This document shows positions 16,890-25,296 of a stretch of 64,000 nt of DNA, piece after piece. A program made the translations under genes and the position numbers. Within the stretch, counting starts at the first letter, position 1. Each line of letters opens with the position of its first letter. The stretch is from positions 967,745 through 1,031,744 of the forward strand of contig OZ244206.1 in the NCBI GenBank assembly GCA_965216865.1, given 5' to 3'. The notes beneath the pieces were generated by a model, which ran no database searches, was not told the origin of the DNA, and worked only from the letters and a program-made list of their open reading frames with translations. The stretch comes from Phycisphaerales bacterium. GTDB lineage: Bacteria > Planctomycetota > Phycisphaerae > Phycisphaerales > UBA1924.

Positions 16890-18197
16890 TTAACTCACGA
16901 ATCGCCAGACAAGATACGCGGCACTGAACGCGAACAGGAACACAATCGATGCGATGCTCCACACACGCATGCCCAGACTAGGGCGTGCGTGTGTTGGTGC
17001 GTGGCGGGTGATAACGAGGTAGTTGATCAGGGCGAGGATCGGGGCGGTGAGGAAACTGAGGGTGGTGGCGAGGTCCACCATGGTCTTCATGCTCTTGAGC
17101 GAGAAGAGGATGATGCCCATGGCGACCACTGCCTGAAGGATGACCCAGAATGCGTAGCCGCGTTGCTTTGTGTCCTGGTGGGGGTCGGTGTTTCGGATGG
17201 CCTGGGTGAGGCGGTGCATGGTGCGGGGGAAGGCGTCGAGGACGACGAGTGTGGTGCTGAGCATGGTGGTCAGCGCGGCGATGGCGATGAGGGGGATGCT
17301 CCAGCGCCCGAGGGTATCGGCGTAGGTGCCGATGAGTTGCTGGACGAAGCCGGAACCGTCCTGGATCTCGTCGACACGCCCGTGCATGACCAGTGCGCCC
17401 AGCGCGAGGAAGAGGATGGCGACGAGCCCGGCGAGGATGTAGCCAAAGCGGAAATCGAAGATGGCTTCGCGGAGGTTGGTTTCGCGTTTGTTGATGCGTT
17501 CGTGTTCCTGGACCCAGATCGAGTTCCAGACGGCGGAATCGATGGGGATGGGCATCCATCCCATGAACGCGAGGAGGAAGGCGAAGTTGGCGCTCCCCCA
17601 CCACGGCGGGGTGTCACTCGGGATGGTGCGCGGGGAGGACTTGGTGAGCGCGATGACGACGGCGGCGAGTGTTGAAATCAGGAGGATGGTCATCACGATC
17701 TTCATCGTGCGCTCGAGGGTGCGGTATTTACCCAGCAGGAGGATGAGCAGGCAGACGGCGATGATGATGGCGCTGAAGATCTGGGGCGTGAGCGCGTTGA
17801 GGTTGGGGAAGTAGACGCCCAAGAGGTATTGCGCGATGGAGGCGGAGACGAGGGTGAGGGCGGCCATGATGATGAACATGGAGCCGAAGTTGACGATCGC
17901 GCAGAGCCAGACGGCCCATTTCCCGAGTCGTCGGTAGCCCTCGACGAGGTCTTCGTGGGCGCTGGCGGCGTAGCGTGGGCCGAACTCGAGGAACGGGTAT
18001 TTGGTGATGCATGCGACGAGGAGGACGGCGAGCATCCCGAAGCCGAACCCGGCGCCGGCGCGGGTGGATTGGATCAGGTGCGATGCGCCGATGGCGGCGC
18101 CGGCGAGGAGGATGCCCGGGCCGATGGCCTGGAGCATGGTGCGCATGGATACCGCTGGGCGCTGAGCGGGTGGAGTGGGTTGAGGATCTGCTTCCAT
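16890..18197 (-). CDS. Nramp-related divalent metal cation transporter
   Basis: It is a polytopic ~435-aa protein containing GPGILLAGAAIGASHLIQSTRAGAGFGF. The start is set at MEADPQ (18197). Confidence 0.6.
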   Translation of the reverse strand: MEADPQPTPPAQRPAVSMRTMLQAIGPGILLAGAAIGASHLIQSTRAGAGFGFGMLAVLLVACITKYPFLEFGPRYAASAHEDLVEGYRRLGKWAVWLCAIVNFGSMFIIMAALTLVSASIAQYLLGVYFPNLNALTPQIFSAIIIAVCLLILLLGKYRTLERTMKIVMTILLISTLAAVVIALTKSSPRTIPSDTPPWWGSANFAFLLAFMGWMPIPIDSAVWNSIWVQEHERINKRETNLREAIFDFRFGYILAGLVAILFLALGALVMHGRVDEIQDGSGFVQQLIGTYADTLGRWSIPLIAIAALTTMLSTTLVVLDAFPRTMHRLTQAIRNTDPHQDTKQRGYAFWVILQAVVAMGIILFSLKSMKTMVDLATTLSFLTAPILALINYLVITRHAPTHARPSLGMRVWSIASIVFLFAFSAAYLVWRFVS

Positions 18198-18320
18198 GCG
18201 TGTGTGTCTCGTGGTAGCAGGCGAATGTATCAGATCATGGGTCGTGCTGCCAGTGGTCTGCGGACTCGATGCGTGCGGGTTTCTCGTGCGGTGCGGTTGT
18301 GTCGAGCAACCGGGTGAGCG

Positions 18321-18348
18321 CAAAAAAAGGAACGGGCGAGGCCGTCCC
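18321..18348 (-). terminator. putative intrinsic terminator
   Basis: The minus strand reads GGGACGG-CCTCGC-CCGTTCC followed by TTTTTTTG, 25 nt after the stop at 18373. Confidence 0.5.
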
Positions 18349-18372
18349 TATCGATTGCTGTTCGCGCCGACT

Positions 18373-19014
18373 TTACATGGAGCTACGGCGACGGCGGGCC
18401 GTGCCGAGGGCTGCGATGCCTAGGGCGGAAACGGCGCCGGGTGCGGGGATGACCGGTGCGAAAGTCGCGAGGGTGATCGATTCACCGTTGGTCATGTTGA
18501 TCTGGGCGGTGCCGCTGAAGTCGTATTCAAGTGCTTCGGTGCGAGCGAAGAACGGGTGTGAGTCGTAGTACCTGAGCGTGGGGTCGTTGAAGTGGAAGCC
18601 GAGGTACTGGTCGTCGACGGAGCGCGAGGCATGACTGGGCTCCACGATGCCGACCGCGTCGACGCGGTACTCGACGCCGACAGACCAGCCGGCGAAGCCG
18701 TTGATGATGATGGAACTGATCTCGCCGGTTTTGCCGGAATCGATTGTGATGCGCCAGTGGAAGTCGATCTGGTTGGTATCTGCGCGACGGCTGGCCCTGG
18801 AATGGAATGAGCCGGTGAGTGGTTCACCGGCAGGATCGGGGAGCACGAACCCCTGTGCGATATCCTGAATGACTGTACCGGCGAGGGTTGGGTCCTCGGC
18901 CAGGGTGATGCCGTGCATCTCGACGGTGTCCCCAGCGAACAGGTCGATGACGCCGGCAAGAGATGTCGAGGCGAGTAGCCCTGTGACGAGTGCGGCGTTG
19001 ATTGCGTGGTTCAT
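18373..19014 (-). CDS. secreted protein with PEP-CTERM-like C-terminal anchor
   Basis: A signal peptide (MNHAINAALVTGLLASTSLAG) is present. The C-terminus is VIPAPGAVSALGIAALGTARRRRSSM. Confidence 0.7.
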   Translation of the reverse strand: MNHAINAALVTGLLASTSLAGVIDLFAGDTVEMHGITLAEDPTLAGTVIQDIAQGFVLPDPAGEPLTGSFHSRASRRADTNQIDFHWRITIDSGKTGEISSIIINGFAGWSVGVEYRVDAVGIVEPSHASRSVDDQYLGFHFNDPTLRYYDSHPFFARTEALEYDFSGTAQINMTNGESITLATFAPVIPAPGAVSALGIAALGTARRRRSSM

Positions 19015-19109
19015 TGTCTCTCTCCTGATTATCGCGATCGGCATGACCGCGTCAGTGAACAAAGCGAGAAGGCCGGGGAGAGGGGACATGGAATCCTGTA
19101 TTTGGATGA

Positions 19110-20768
19110 TTATCGCCCTTTAGGAGCCATGCGGGGCGATGAGTTTGATGATGCATTCGTGGGATTGGTGTTGCGCTCGCCCAGTCTTCGCATGCGGATG
19201 CCGTGTGTTTCGTCGGCGTAGTAGTCAGCGAGGATGGCGATGGGCTGGAAGCCGAGGGATTCATAGAGGGTCATAGCGGGTGTGTTGTCGGCACGGACTT
19301 CGAGGTAGACGCGGGTGATGTCGGCGTCTTCGAGACGGTTGATGAGGGTGGTGACGAGGGTGCGTCCGATGCCTCGACCCTTTGCGGGGTGGGCGACCGC
19401 TACGCCGTATATTCGTCCTGATCGCCAGCGTCGGTGGTTGCGGATGAGCGCGACGGCCCAGCCGAGCACCCTGCCCTGCCCCTCGGCCTGTTCCTCTGCG
19501 ACGAGGACAATGGCGCGGGGGTTGTCGATGAGGCGTCGGATCTGGCGGGCGCTGAATCGGTCTTCGTCGATGAAGGCGCTGGCTTCGATTTCGACGAGCG
19601 TGTCGGCGTCGGCCTTGACGGCGTGTCGTACGCTGATGCCCGAGCTGGGGGTCAGGAGGGGCGCGGCCGGGTCTATCGGAACGGTTCGGAGTGTGCGGAT
19701 CATGCTGTGCTCCACCCCTTGCACGACGGGGACTGGTACACGGGCGAGCATGGCCTTGGGGATCATGCGGCTGGGGCGGTAGCTGGTTTTGGTGTAGCGG
19801 AGTGACTCGATGCCCCAGTCGTCGCCGACATTGATCTCGGAAGCATCGGGGAAGTTGATCTCGCAGAACTTGGAGAAGATGAACTGGGGGGCGCCGTCAT
19901 GGTCCGGGTCTGTTTTTTCGACATAGATGACGGCCTGGTCTGGGGTGAGGCGTTCGCCGATGGTGAAGGCGACGAGCTTGCCGGATGATCGCACGAGCAT
20001 GGATTCGAGCTTGAGCGTGGCGAGGTGCTCGAGCATGGAGAGGGTGAACGACTCGTCTCGTTTGCGGAGGATGTCGGTGCCGATGAGGCGTTCGTTGGCT
20101 TCGCCCTCGTGTCGATCGTCGGCGGCGTGCCTCCAGCGTTTGAGCAGCGCTTTGCACTCGTCGAGGTCGGCGCTGGTGATCGGGGCGATGGTGATCTCGG
20201 GGTTTTCTCGCTCGAAACGGTTGCGGAGCTTTCGCTTGCCTTTGAGATCGCCGCCGGCGAGTTCCACCATGGCCTGGCGGGAGTAGATGTAGTCGCCGGG
20301 CATGGCGGTGGTCGATAGCTCCATCGGCAGCGCGTTCTGGATCTTGATGAGTAGCTCGTCGGGGACATACTCGATGCGTGATTGATCAATGCGGTCGGGG
20401 CCGTTCTCTTCGTCCATGATGGTGAAACATTGGTCGATGCACGCAGCGAGCCTGCTGTCGGCATCGGGGGTGAGCGCGAGCGGCGGGAGCATGAGGGTCA
20501 GGTCCTCGTCGGCGGCGCTGAAGAGGCAGAGGTGGTCCTCGATCACCTGATGCATGAGTGCGAGCGGCTGGCACCAGCCAAGGCAGATCGCGAAGGTGGT
20601 GTCGGAGATGGGCTCATCGAGCGATGCGAACGCGCGGCGGAACAGGTTCTCGTCCGCGAGCGTGACGGGGCGTCGTTCGTTGGCTGGGGGGGTGTGGTGG
20701 GCGGGCGGCACCCGCGCGGGATTCGGACGATGCTCATCGCGATCGTTTCGGTGTGTCGAGTTTTTCAT
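19110..20768 (-). CDS. DUF2156 (MprF C-terminal-like) domain fused to a RimI-type GNAT acetyltransferase
   Basis: The central region has the DUF2156 pattern (ISDTTFAICLGWCQPL...LCLFSA...). The C-terminal ~150 aa contain IYGVAVAHPAKGRGIGRTLV...VYLEVRADNTPAMTLYESLGF. Confidence 0.65.
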   Translation of the reverse strand: MKNSTHRNDRDEHRPNPARVPPAHHTPPANERRPVTLADENLFRRAFASLDEPISDTTFAICLGWCQPLALMHQVIEDHLCLFSAADEDLTLMLPPLALTPDADSRLAACIDQCFTIMDEENGPDRIDQSRIEYVPDELLIKIQNALPMELSTTAMPGDYIYSRQAMVELAGGDLKGKRKLRNRFERENPEITIAPITSADLDECKALLKRWRHAADDRHEGEANERLIGTDILRKRDESFTLSMLEHLATLKLESMLVRSSGKLVAFTIGERLTPDQAVIYVEKTDPDHDGAPQFIFSKFCEINFPDASEINVGDDWGIESLRYTKTSYRPSRMIPKAMLARVPVPVVQGVEHSMIRTLRTVPIDPAAPLLTPSSGISVRHAVKADADTLVEIEASAFIDEDRFSARQIRRLIDNPRAIVLVAEEQAEGQGRVLGWAVALIRNHRRWRSGRIYGVAVAHPAKGRGIGRTLVTTLINRLEDADITRVYLEVRADNTPAMTLYESLGFQPIAILADYYADETHGIRMRRLGERNTNPTNASSNSSPRMAPKGR

Positions 20769-20910
20769 GGCGGCTGGGTGCCAGTTCTCGTCGTCGGCGT
20801 GGGCCGGAGATGTGGCCGCTCCGGGTCTTCGGGTCCGGTGTGTTTGCGGCGCGCAGAGGATATCACATATCGCCCCGTCGGAGTCAAGAAGAAATCATCT
20901 GTAGAGTGCA

Positions 20911-20948
20911 GAATGAAAACGCCGGGTGTCCTGAGAACACCCGGCGTT
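20911..20948 (-). terminator. putative intrinsic terminator
   Basis: The minus strand has a 12-bp stem, AACGCCGGGTGT-TCTCAGG-ACACCCGGCGTT, followed by TTTCATTC, 24 nt after the stop at 20972. Confidence 0.6.
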
Positions 20949-20971
20949 GATTCGCTATTGGGTTCTGGCTG

Positions 20972-21595
20972 TCAGCTGCGACGCATCGAACGGCGAGCGC
21001 TCATGAGCCCGAGCATACCGATCCCGGCCCATGCGGCTGGGGGCAGGGGGACGATGGGATAGTCGCCGGTGGTACCGACATAGAGGTTGTCCATGGTTGC
21101 GTATCGCGGGGAGAGGAAACCGACGGCGCGGATTTCGACGCTGGTGATGATCATGTCGGAGGTATAGCCGTAGAAGGCGCTGGGCCCGCCTGAAGGGAAT
21201 GCCTCGACTGTGCCGTCGCTGAGTGTGACGAGCATGAGAGCGCCAGCGGGATCGAAGCCCGGATCGGTCGCCCATACATTGGCCCCGATGGCATGGACAT
21301 TGCCCGATGTGAAGTTGATCACGATCGAGTCGAAGTTTGACGCGGTCGAGATAACGCCGCCCTCATTGTACAGTCCCGATGTGGGGATGGGTCCTGTTGT
21401 GATCTCATAGGCGAATGTGCCGAAGTCGAAGTCCAATGAGTCGACCGCGCCATCAGAGACGGAGCTGAAGTCGTTGTGTGTGTATCCTGCGCCCATCTCG
21501 GCGATGAGGTCCGCTTCGCTGAGGTAAACATCGCCTGCGCTGGCACCCACTGTGATCGAAGCCATCGTCAGCACCATGATTTCCTTGGTGTACAT
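20972..21595 (-). CDS. secreted protein with PEP-CTERM-like C-terminal anchor
   Basis: The C-terminus is PIVPLPPAAWAGIGMLGLMSARRSMRRS, and the N-terminus is hydrophobic. Confidence 0.65.
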   Translation of the reverse strand: MYTKEIMVLTMASITVGASAGDVYLSEADLIAEMGAGYTHNDFSSVSDGAVDSLDFDFGTFAYEITTGPIPTSGLYNEGGVISTASNFDSIVINFTSGNVHAIGANVWATDPGFDPAGALMLVTLSDGTVEAFPSGGPSAFYGYTSDMIITSVEIRAVGFLSPRYATMDNLYVGTTGDYPIVPLPPAAWAGIGMLGLMSARRSMRRS

Positions 21596-21854
21596 TCTGC
21601 TCTCTCCAGATGTATTTAAAAAATGATTCCCTGCTCAATACTGAGTTCGAAGGCGCCGGGGACGCCTCGGTGTTCCCTCTCAGACACCGAGACGCCGACC
21701 GCGTGCGATCAAGCCCGGATGGCCTATCTGATCGTATCCCTTGAGGTTTTTTATGCAAAGAGCAAATCGTGGAGAACATGCAAAAATAGATTCAAGACGC
21801 GCAAAGTATAAGTTACTTGCCCATCTTGACATAGATCAGATGTTGGTTCGGTGC

Positions 21855-22172
21855 TTACTCGCCGACGGACTCGGCATCACCCGTTTGGGGTGTGAGGTTC
21901 ATCGGGAGTTTGCCGATGCGCTGTCCGTTCGCGTTGAGAACGATGAACGCGGGCTGCTCGTCTAGGGTGGTGAATCCGCCGATGCTCAAGGATTGTTGGG
22001 CGGACATTTGAGCGATCTGGAGCTGGTTGGGGTTGTCTGCGCTGGCGTGAGCGCTGGAGGGGCCTCCGAAGTTGGCGGCCATGGAGATGAGGAGTGCGAA
22101 CCCGGTGACGAGTGTCGCGGTGCGCCATGTGTCTTTGTTGTCGCCGAAGGATGCGGGGGTTTGTTCGCTCAT
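21855..22172 (-). CDS. hypothetical membrane-anchored protein
   Basis: The 105-aa ORF has one TM helix (WRTATLVTGFALLISMAANF). I recognise no family. Confidence 0.4.
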   Translation of the reverse strand: MSEQTPASFGDNKDTWRTATLVTGFALLISMAANFGGPSSAHASADNPNQLQIAQMSAQQSLSIGGFTTLDEQPAFIVLNANGQRIGKLPMNLTPQTGDAESVGE

Positions 22173-22262
22173 GTGATCGCTCCGATTGGTCAGGTGCTCG
22201 GGCGATATCGGGCGTTTTGTGGGGCGGGTTCAGGTGGACTCCGCAATGGGTTATGAAGGTGC

Positions 22263-22299
22263 AAAAAAACAACCGCCCGGATGGGTTATTTCCGGGCGG
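22263..22299 (-). terminator. orphan intrinsic terminator on the minus strand
   Basis: The minus strand reads CCGCCCGG-AAATAACCCAT-CCGGGCGG followed by TTGTTTTTTTGC. No minus-strand CDS lies upstream of it before degT. Confidence 0.6.
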
Positions 22300-22520
22300 T
22301 GTTTGCCTATTGGCAGAGAGAGAAAGAGAGTTTGTTACTCGCGAAACCCCGTGGGGCTTTGCGTTTGTTTCGTTTTCCGTCGGTTGGTTATGCCGACGCC
22401 CGAAAAGTACATCAGGTTTCGAGATGTGCCAGTCGATCGGGTCGTTTTTCTTGGACCTTGAGCGGGAGATCGCGTTTTTTGACCAATAGAAGGGGGTTTT
22501 TGGTCCTGAAAAAAGTGTGT
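22300..22520 (-). ncRNA. candidate structured small RNA (unclassified)
   Basis: The 456-nt gap contains five or six consecutive hairpins on the minus strand, e.g. CGTCGGCATAACCAACCGACG and CGCAAAGCCCCACGGGGTTTCGCG, and ends in the orphan terminator. I recognise no known RNA family. Confidence 0.25.
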
Positions 22521-22628
22521 TGATTTCGATGGGACGCGTACTATTCCGGACCGCGATGCGTGCCCCCGTGCCGGGAAGATCCGGCGCGTGTGGAGGAGCA
22601 GGGACATCGCGTGCAAGGATGAATCAAT

Positions 22629-23798
22629 ATGACGACTGCAACCGCGAGCGATTTGGCGATCAACGGCGGCACCCCTGTGTTCGAGTCCAATGTCCCATTC
22701 ATGGCCGTCGGGCTCACGAAGAAGGACATCGCGGCGGCGAACGAGGTCCTTGAGTCGGGCATGCTCCGCGCAGCGAGCAAGTGTGCAGCGCTCGAAGAGA
22801 AGTTCGCCCAGGCAAGCGACGCGAAGATCGGGATGACCTGTGCGAACGGGACCTGCGCCCTCCAGCTCGCGTACGGCGGTCTGATCGAACGCGGCGACGA
22901 GGTCATCACCCCCGCGTGGACCTACATCGCGACGGTCTCGATGCTTGTCGCGGCGGGCGCGAAGGTTGTCTTCTGCGATTGTCTTGAGGATTCGTACCAG
23001 GCGGACCCGGCGGACATCGAGAAGAAGATCACGCCAAACACCAAGGCGATCGCGGTGACGCATCTCTACGGCATCCCCGTCGACATCGACGCTATCCAGG
23101 CGATCGCGGACAAGCACGGGCTCAAGGTCATCTACGACAGCGCTCAGGCGCACCTGGCGGAGTACAGCGGCAAGGGCATCGGCGCGTACGGCGACGCGTG
23201 CACCTACTCGTTCTACGCGACCAAGAACCTCGGCACCGGCGAGGGCGGGATGGTCACGGTCAACGACGAGGCGCTCGCGAAGAAGATCGGTCTTCTCCGC
23301 AGCCACGGCGAGACGGACAAGTACCTGCACGAGTCGATCGGGTTCAACTACCGGATGAACGACATCACGGGCGCAATCGGATTGAGCAAGCTTGAGACGC
23401 TCGGCGACGAGACGAACCGGCGGCGCGAAGTCGCAAAGCTCTACCACGAGCGGATCGACGCGATCGATGGCGTGAACCGTCCGGTGCCCACCGAGGGGTC
23501 GAACCCGGCGTGGCATCTCTACACCTGCCGACTTGATCTTGAGCAGTTCAGCTGCACGCGTGACGAGTTCTGTGCGGCGCTGATGAAGGAAGGCGTGCCC
23601 AGCGCGGTGCACTACCCGAAGCCGCTGACCCAGCAGCCGGCGTTTGCGGATCTTGCGGATCAGGAAGCATCGACGCCCGTGAGCGTGAAGCTCGCGAGCT
23701 GCGTGTTCTGTATCCCGATCCACCAGAAGCTGACGGACGAGCAGGTGCATGGTGTGTGTGATGCGATCGCGAAGGTGGCGGACGCGTTCCGGAAGTGA
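22629..23798 (+). CDS. DegT/DnrJ/EryC1/StrS-family PLP-dependent sugar aminotransferase
   Basis: The PLP-lysine context FYATKNLGTGEGGMV is present, along with LRSHGE and GFNYRMNDITGAIG. Confidence 0.9.
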   Translation: MTTATASDLAINGGTPVFESNVPFMAVGLTKKDIAAANEVLESGMLRAASKCAALEEKFAQASDAKIGMTCANGTCALQLAYGGLIERGDEVITPAWTYIATVSMLVAAGAKVVFCDCLEDSYQADPADIEKKITPNTKAIAVTHLYGIPVDIDAIQAIADKHGLKVIYDSAQAHLAEYSGKGIGAYGDACTYSFYATKNLGTGEGGMVTVNDEALAKKIGLLRSHGETDKYLHESIGFNYRMNDITGAIGLSKLETLGDETNRRREVAKLYHERIDAIDGVNRPVPTEGSNPAWHLYTCRLDLEQFSCTRDEFCAALMKEGVPSAVHYPKPLTQQPAFADLADQEASTPVSVKLASCVFCIPIHQKLTDEQVHGVCDAIAKVADAFRK

Positions 23799-23855
23799 TT
23801 TCGGGTTTGGATTGAAGATTGAAGCCGCGGCCGAAGGGTCGCGGTTTTATTGTGT
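23757..23855 (+). repeat. direct repeat copy 1 (DegT 3' end plus terminator)
   Basis: The 48 nt TGTGATGCGATCGCGAAGGTGGCGGACGCGTTCCGGAAGTGATTTCGG are identical to 25035-25082. The next ~50 nt, including the terminator hairpin, are similar. Confidence 0.9.
23823..23851 (+). terminator. putative intrinsic terminator of the DegT-family gene
   Basis: AGCCGCGGCCGAAGGGTCGCGG is followed by TTTTATT. Confidence 0.55.
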
Positions 23856-23881
23856 CAATGCGCGCCTCAATAGGATTGTAA

Positions 23882-24892
23882 TCAGGGACAGCCGGCGTTG
23901 TAGGCGGTCAGGAAGGCGCTGACATCGAAGAAGTTCCATATGTTGTCATCGTTGAAGTCGGCGATGGGGTCCTGGTTGGCGTAGGCCGTGAGGAACACGG
24001 AAACATCGAAGAAGTTGAGCGTGCCGTCGGCGTTGAGGTCGACGAGGCAGCAGTTGGGATCGATTGCCTGGAAGGCGAATCCGGCGTCGGGTGTGATGTA
24101 GGCGACGATGTTGAGGAACACGGTCTGGGCCAGCAGTGAGTTCTGCGAAGCGCCGCCGCAGTTGTTGGGTGAGTTGAACGCTGAGATCCATTCCTCGTCG
24201 GCGATCATGATCGCTCGCCCGAGGCCGAAGTCGAAGGCGGCGGCGGCGACCGAGTTGGGGGCGTCGGTCGCGATGGCTCGCCCGTGCGGGCCAAGATCGT
24301 CGAATGCGAGGTGGAATCCGAAGCCCATGCTCTGGGCCTGGGTGTTGCCGAACGGGCCCTGGTTGACGGTGTCGGTCAGGAAGGTGACGGTGCTGCCGGC
24401 GCCAGCCAGCTGGCCTGAGGCACCGAAGAGAGTGCCGTAGCGGTTTGGGGCTCCGTTCTCGAAGACGAAGAGCCCGCCGCCTTGATCGACGAATGACTGC
24501 AGCTGTTGGCGCTCGCACTCGTTGAGGAGGGCGTCGGCGTTCAGTGATGACAGGAAGACGGCGTCCGCGTTCTCGAGGGAGGGGCCTGAGAGTTCGCTCA
24601 CGGCGGTGAGGTCGACGGATCGGTTGATGGTGCCCGCGGGGCCGAAGAACGATGGGTTGAGCAGCGCGGATCGGGCGTCGGCGAACACATTGCCGGTGAG
24701 GAAGTTGGTGTTCCACCCTGTGCCACAGATGAGGGTTCTGGATTCGTCCAAGACCACCACGCGGATGGGCGACGGGCCGTTGGTTGTGGCGTGTTGGTGG
24801 GCGGTAGGGTGTGTGGTGTCGGCGGCGACGAGCACGGATGTGGATCCGAGGATCGCTGCTGCGAGATTACTCAGGCAGTATTGATTTCCCAT
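23882..24892 (-). CDS. secreted protein with C-terminal twin dockerin-like repeats ending in GCP
   Basis: The C-terminus is DLNADGTLNFFDVSVFLTAYANQDPIADFNDDNIWNFFDVSAFLTAYNAGCP. A signal peptide is present. The N-terminal domain looks class-I-amidotransferase/ThuA-like (VVVLDES..., GGGLFVFENG). Confidence 0.75.
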   Translation of the reverse strand: MGNQYCLSNLAAAILGSTSVLVAADTTHPTAHQHATTNGPSPIRVVVLDESRTLICGTGWNTNFLTGNVFADARSALLNPSFFGPAGTINRSVDLTAVSELSGPSLENADAVFLSSLNADALLNECERQQLQSFVDQGGGLFVFENGAPNRYGTLFGASGQLAGAGSTVTFLTDTVNQGPFGNTQAQSMGFGFHLAFDDLGPHGRAIATDAPNSVAAAAFDFGLGRAIMIADEEWISAFNSPNNCGGASQNSLLAQTVFLNIVAYITPDAGFAFQAIDPNCCLVDLNADGTLNFFDVSVFLTAYANQDPIADFNDDNIWNFFDVSAFLTAYNAGCP

Positions 24893-25034
24893 CGTGTCCC
24901 CCTCTTGGTCGGTTGGGATTGTCCGTTTCTAGCGTACCACATCGAGGGTGGGAATCAAAGCCGTTCTTTTGCGATCAACGCTGCTGAGTGTGAATCAGCT
25001 ATATCACCCGAGCGATAAGCAGGTGAATAGGCTT

Positions 25035-25133
25035 TGTGATGCGATCGCGAAGGTGGCGGACGCGTTCCGGAAGTGATTTCGGTTGAGTTAGAGTTTTTCA
25101 GAGCCGCGGCCGTGAGGCCGCGGTTTTTTCGTG
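25035..25133 (+). repeat. direct repeat copy 2 (orphan DegT 3' remnant plus terminator)
   Basis: It encodes CDAIAKVADAFRK-stop with no gene body upstream, followed by its own hairpin and T-run. Confidence 0.9.
25103..25129 (+). terminator. orphan intrinsic terminator (duplicate copy)
   Basis: GCCGCGGCC-GTGA-GGCCGCGG is followed by TTTTTT. Confidence 0.5.
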
Positions 25134-25195
25134 GGGTGAAGAGGGACCACAGAGCACACGGAGGAAGAAGTCAGAGGGAGGAGAAGATGTTATCT

Positions 25196-25286
25196 GGGTG
25201 CCACTACTCGCGGCTTGCCGCGCAGTCGTGCTCTTGGATGATGAAGGAAGACACTACTGCGCCGGAGACGGCGAGTAGTGGCACCC
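25196..25286. repeat. D-type (25196-25230) and C-type (25252-25286) palindromic units
   Basis: CACTACTGCGCCGGAGACGGCGAGTAGTGGCACCC is a direct repeat of 25735-25769. The D-type unit CCACTACTCGCGGCTTGCCGCGCAGTCGTG resembles 435-471. Confidence 0.8.
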
Positions 25287-25296
25287 TGCAATGTAT

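Noticed and set aside
21596-21854. Possible promoter hexamers (TTCAAG / TATAAG) and a hairpin (CGGTGT…ACACCG) in the gap upstream of the second PEP-CTERM gene.
   Set aside because: The spacing and orientation do not fit a sigma-70-type promoter for either flanking gene. Planctomycete promoter consensus is not something I can assert, and the hairpin lacks a T-tract.
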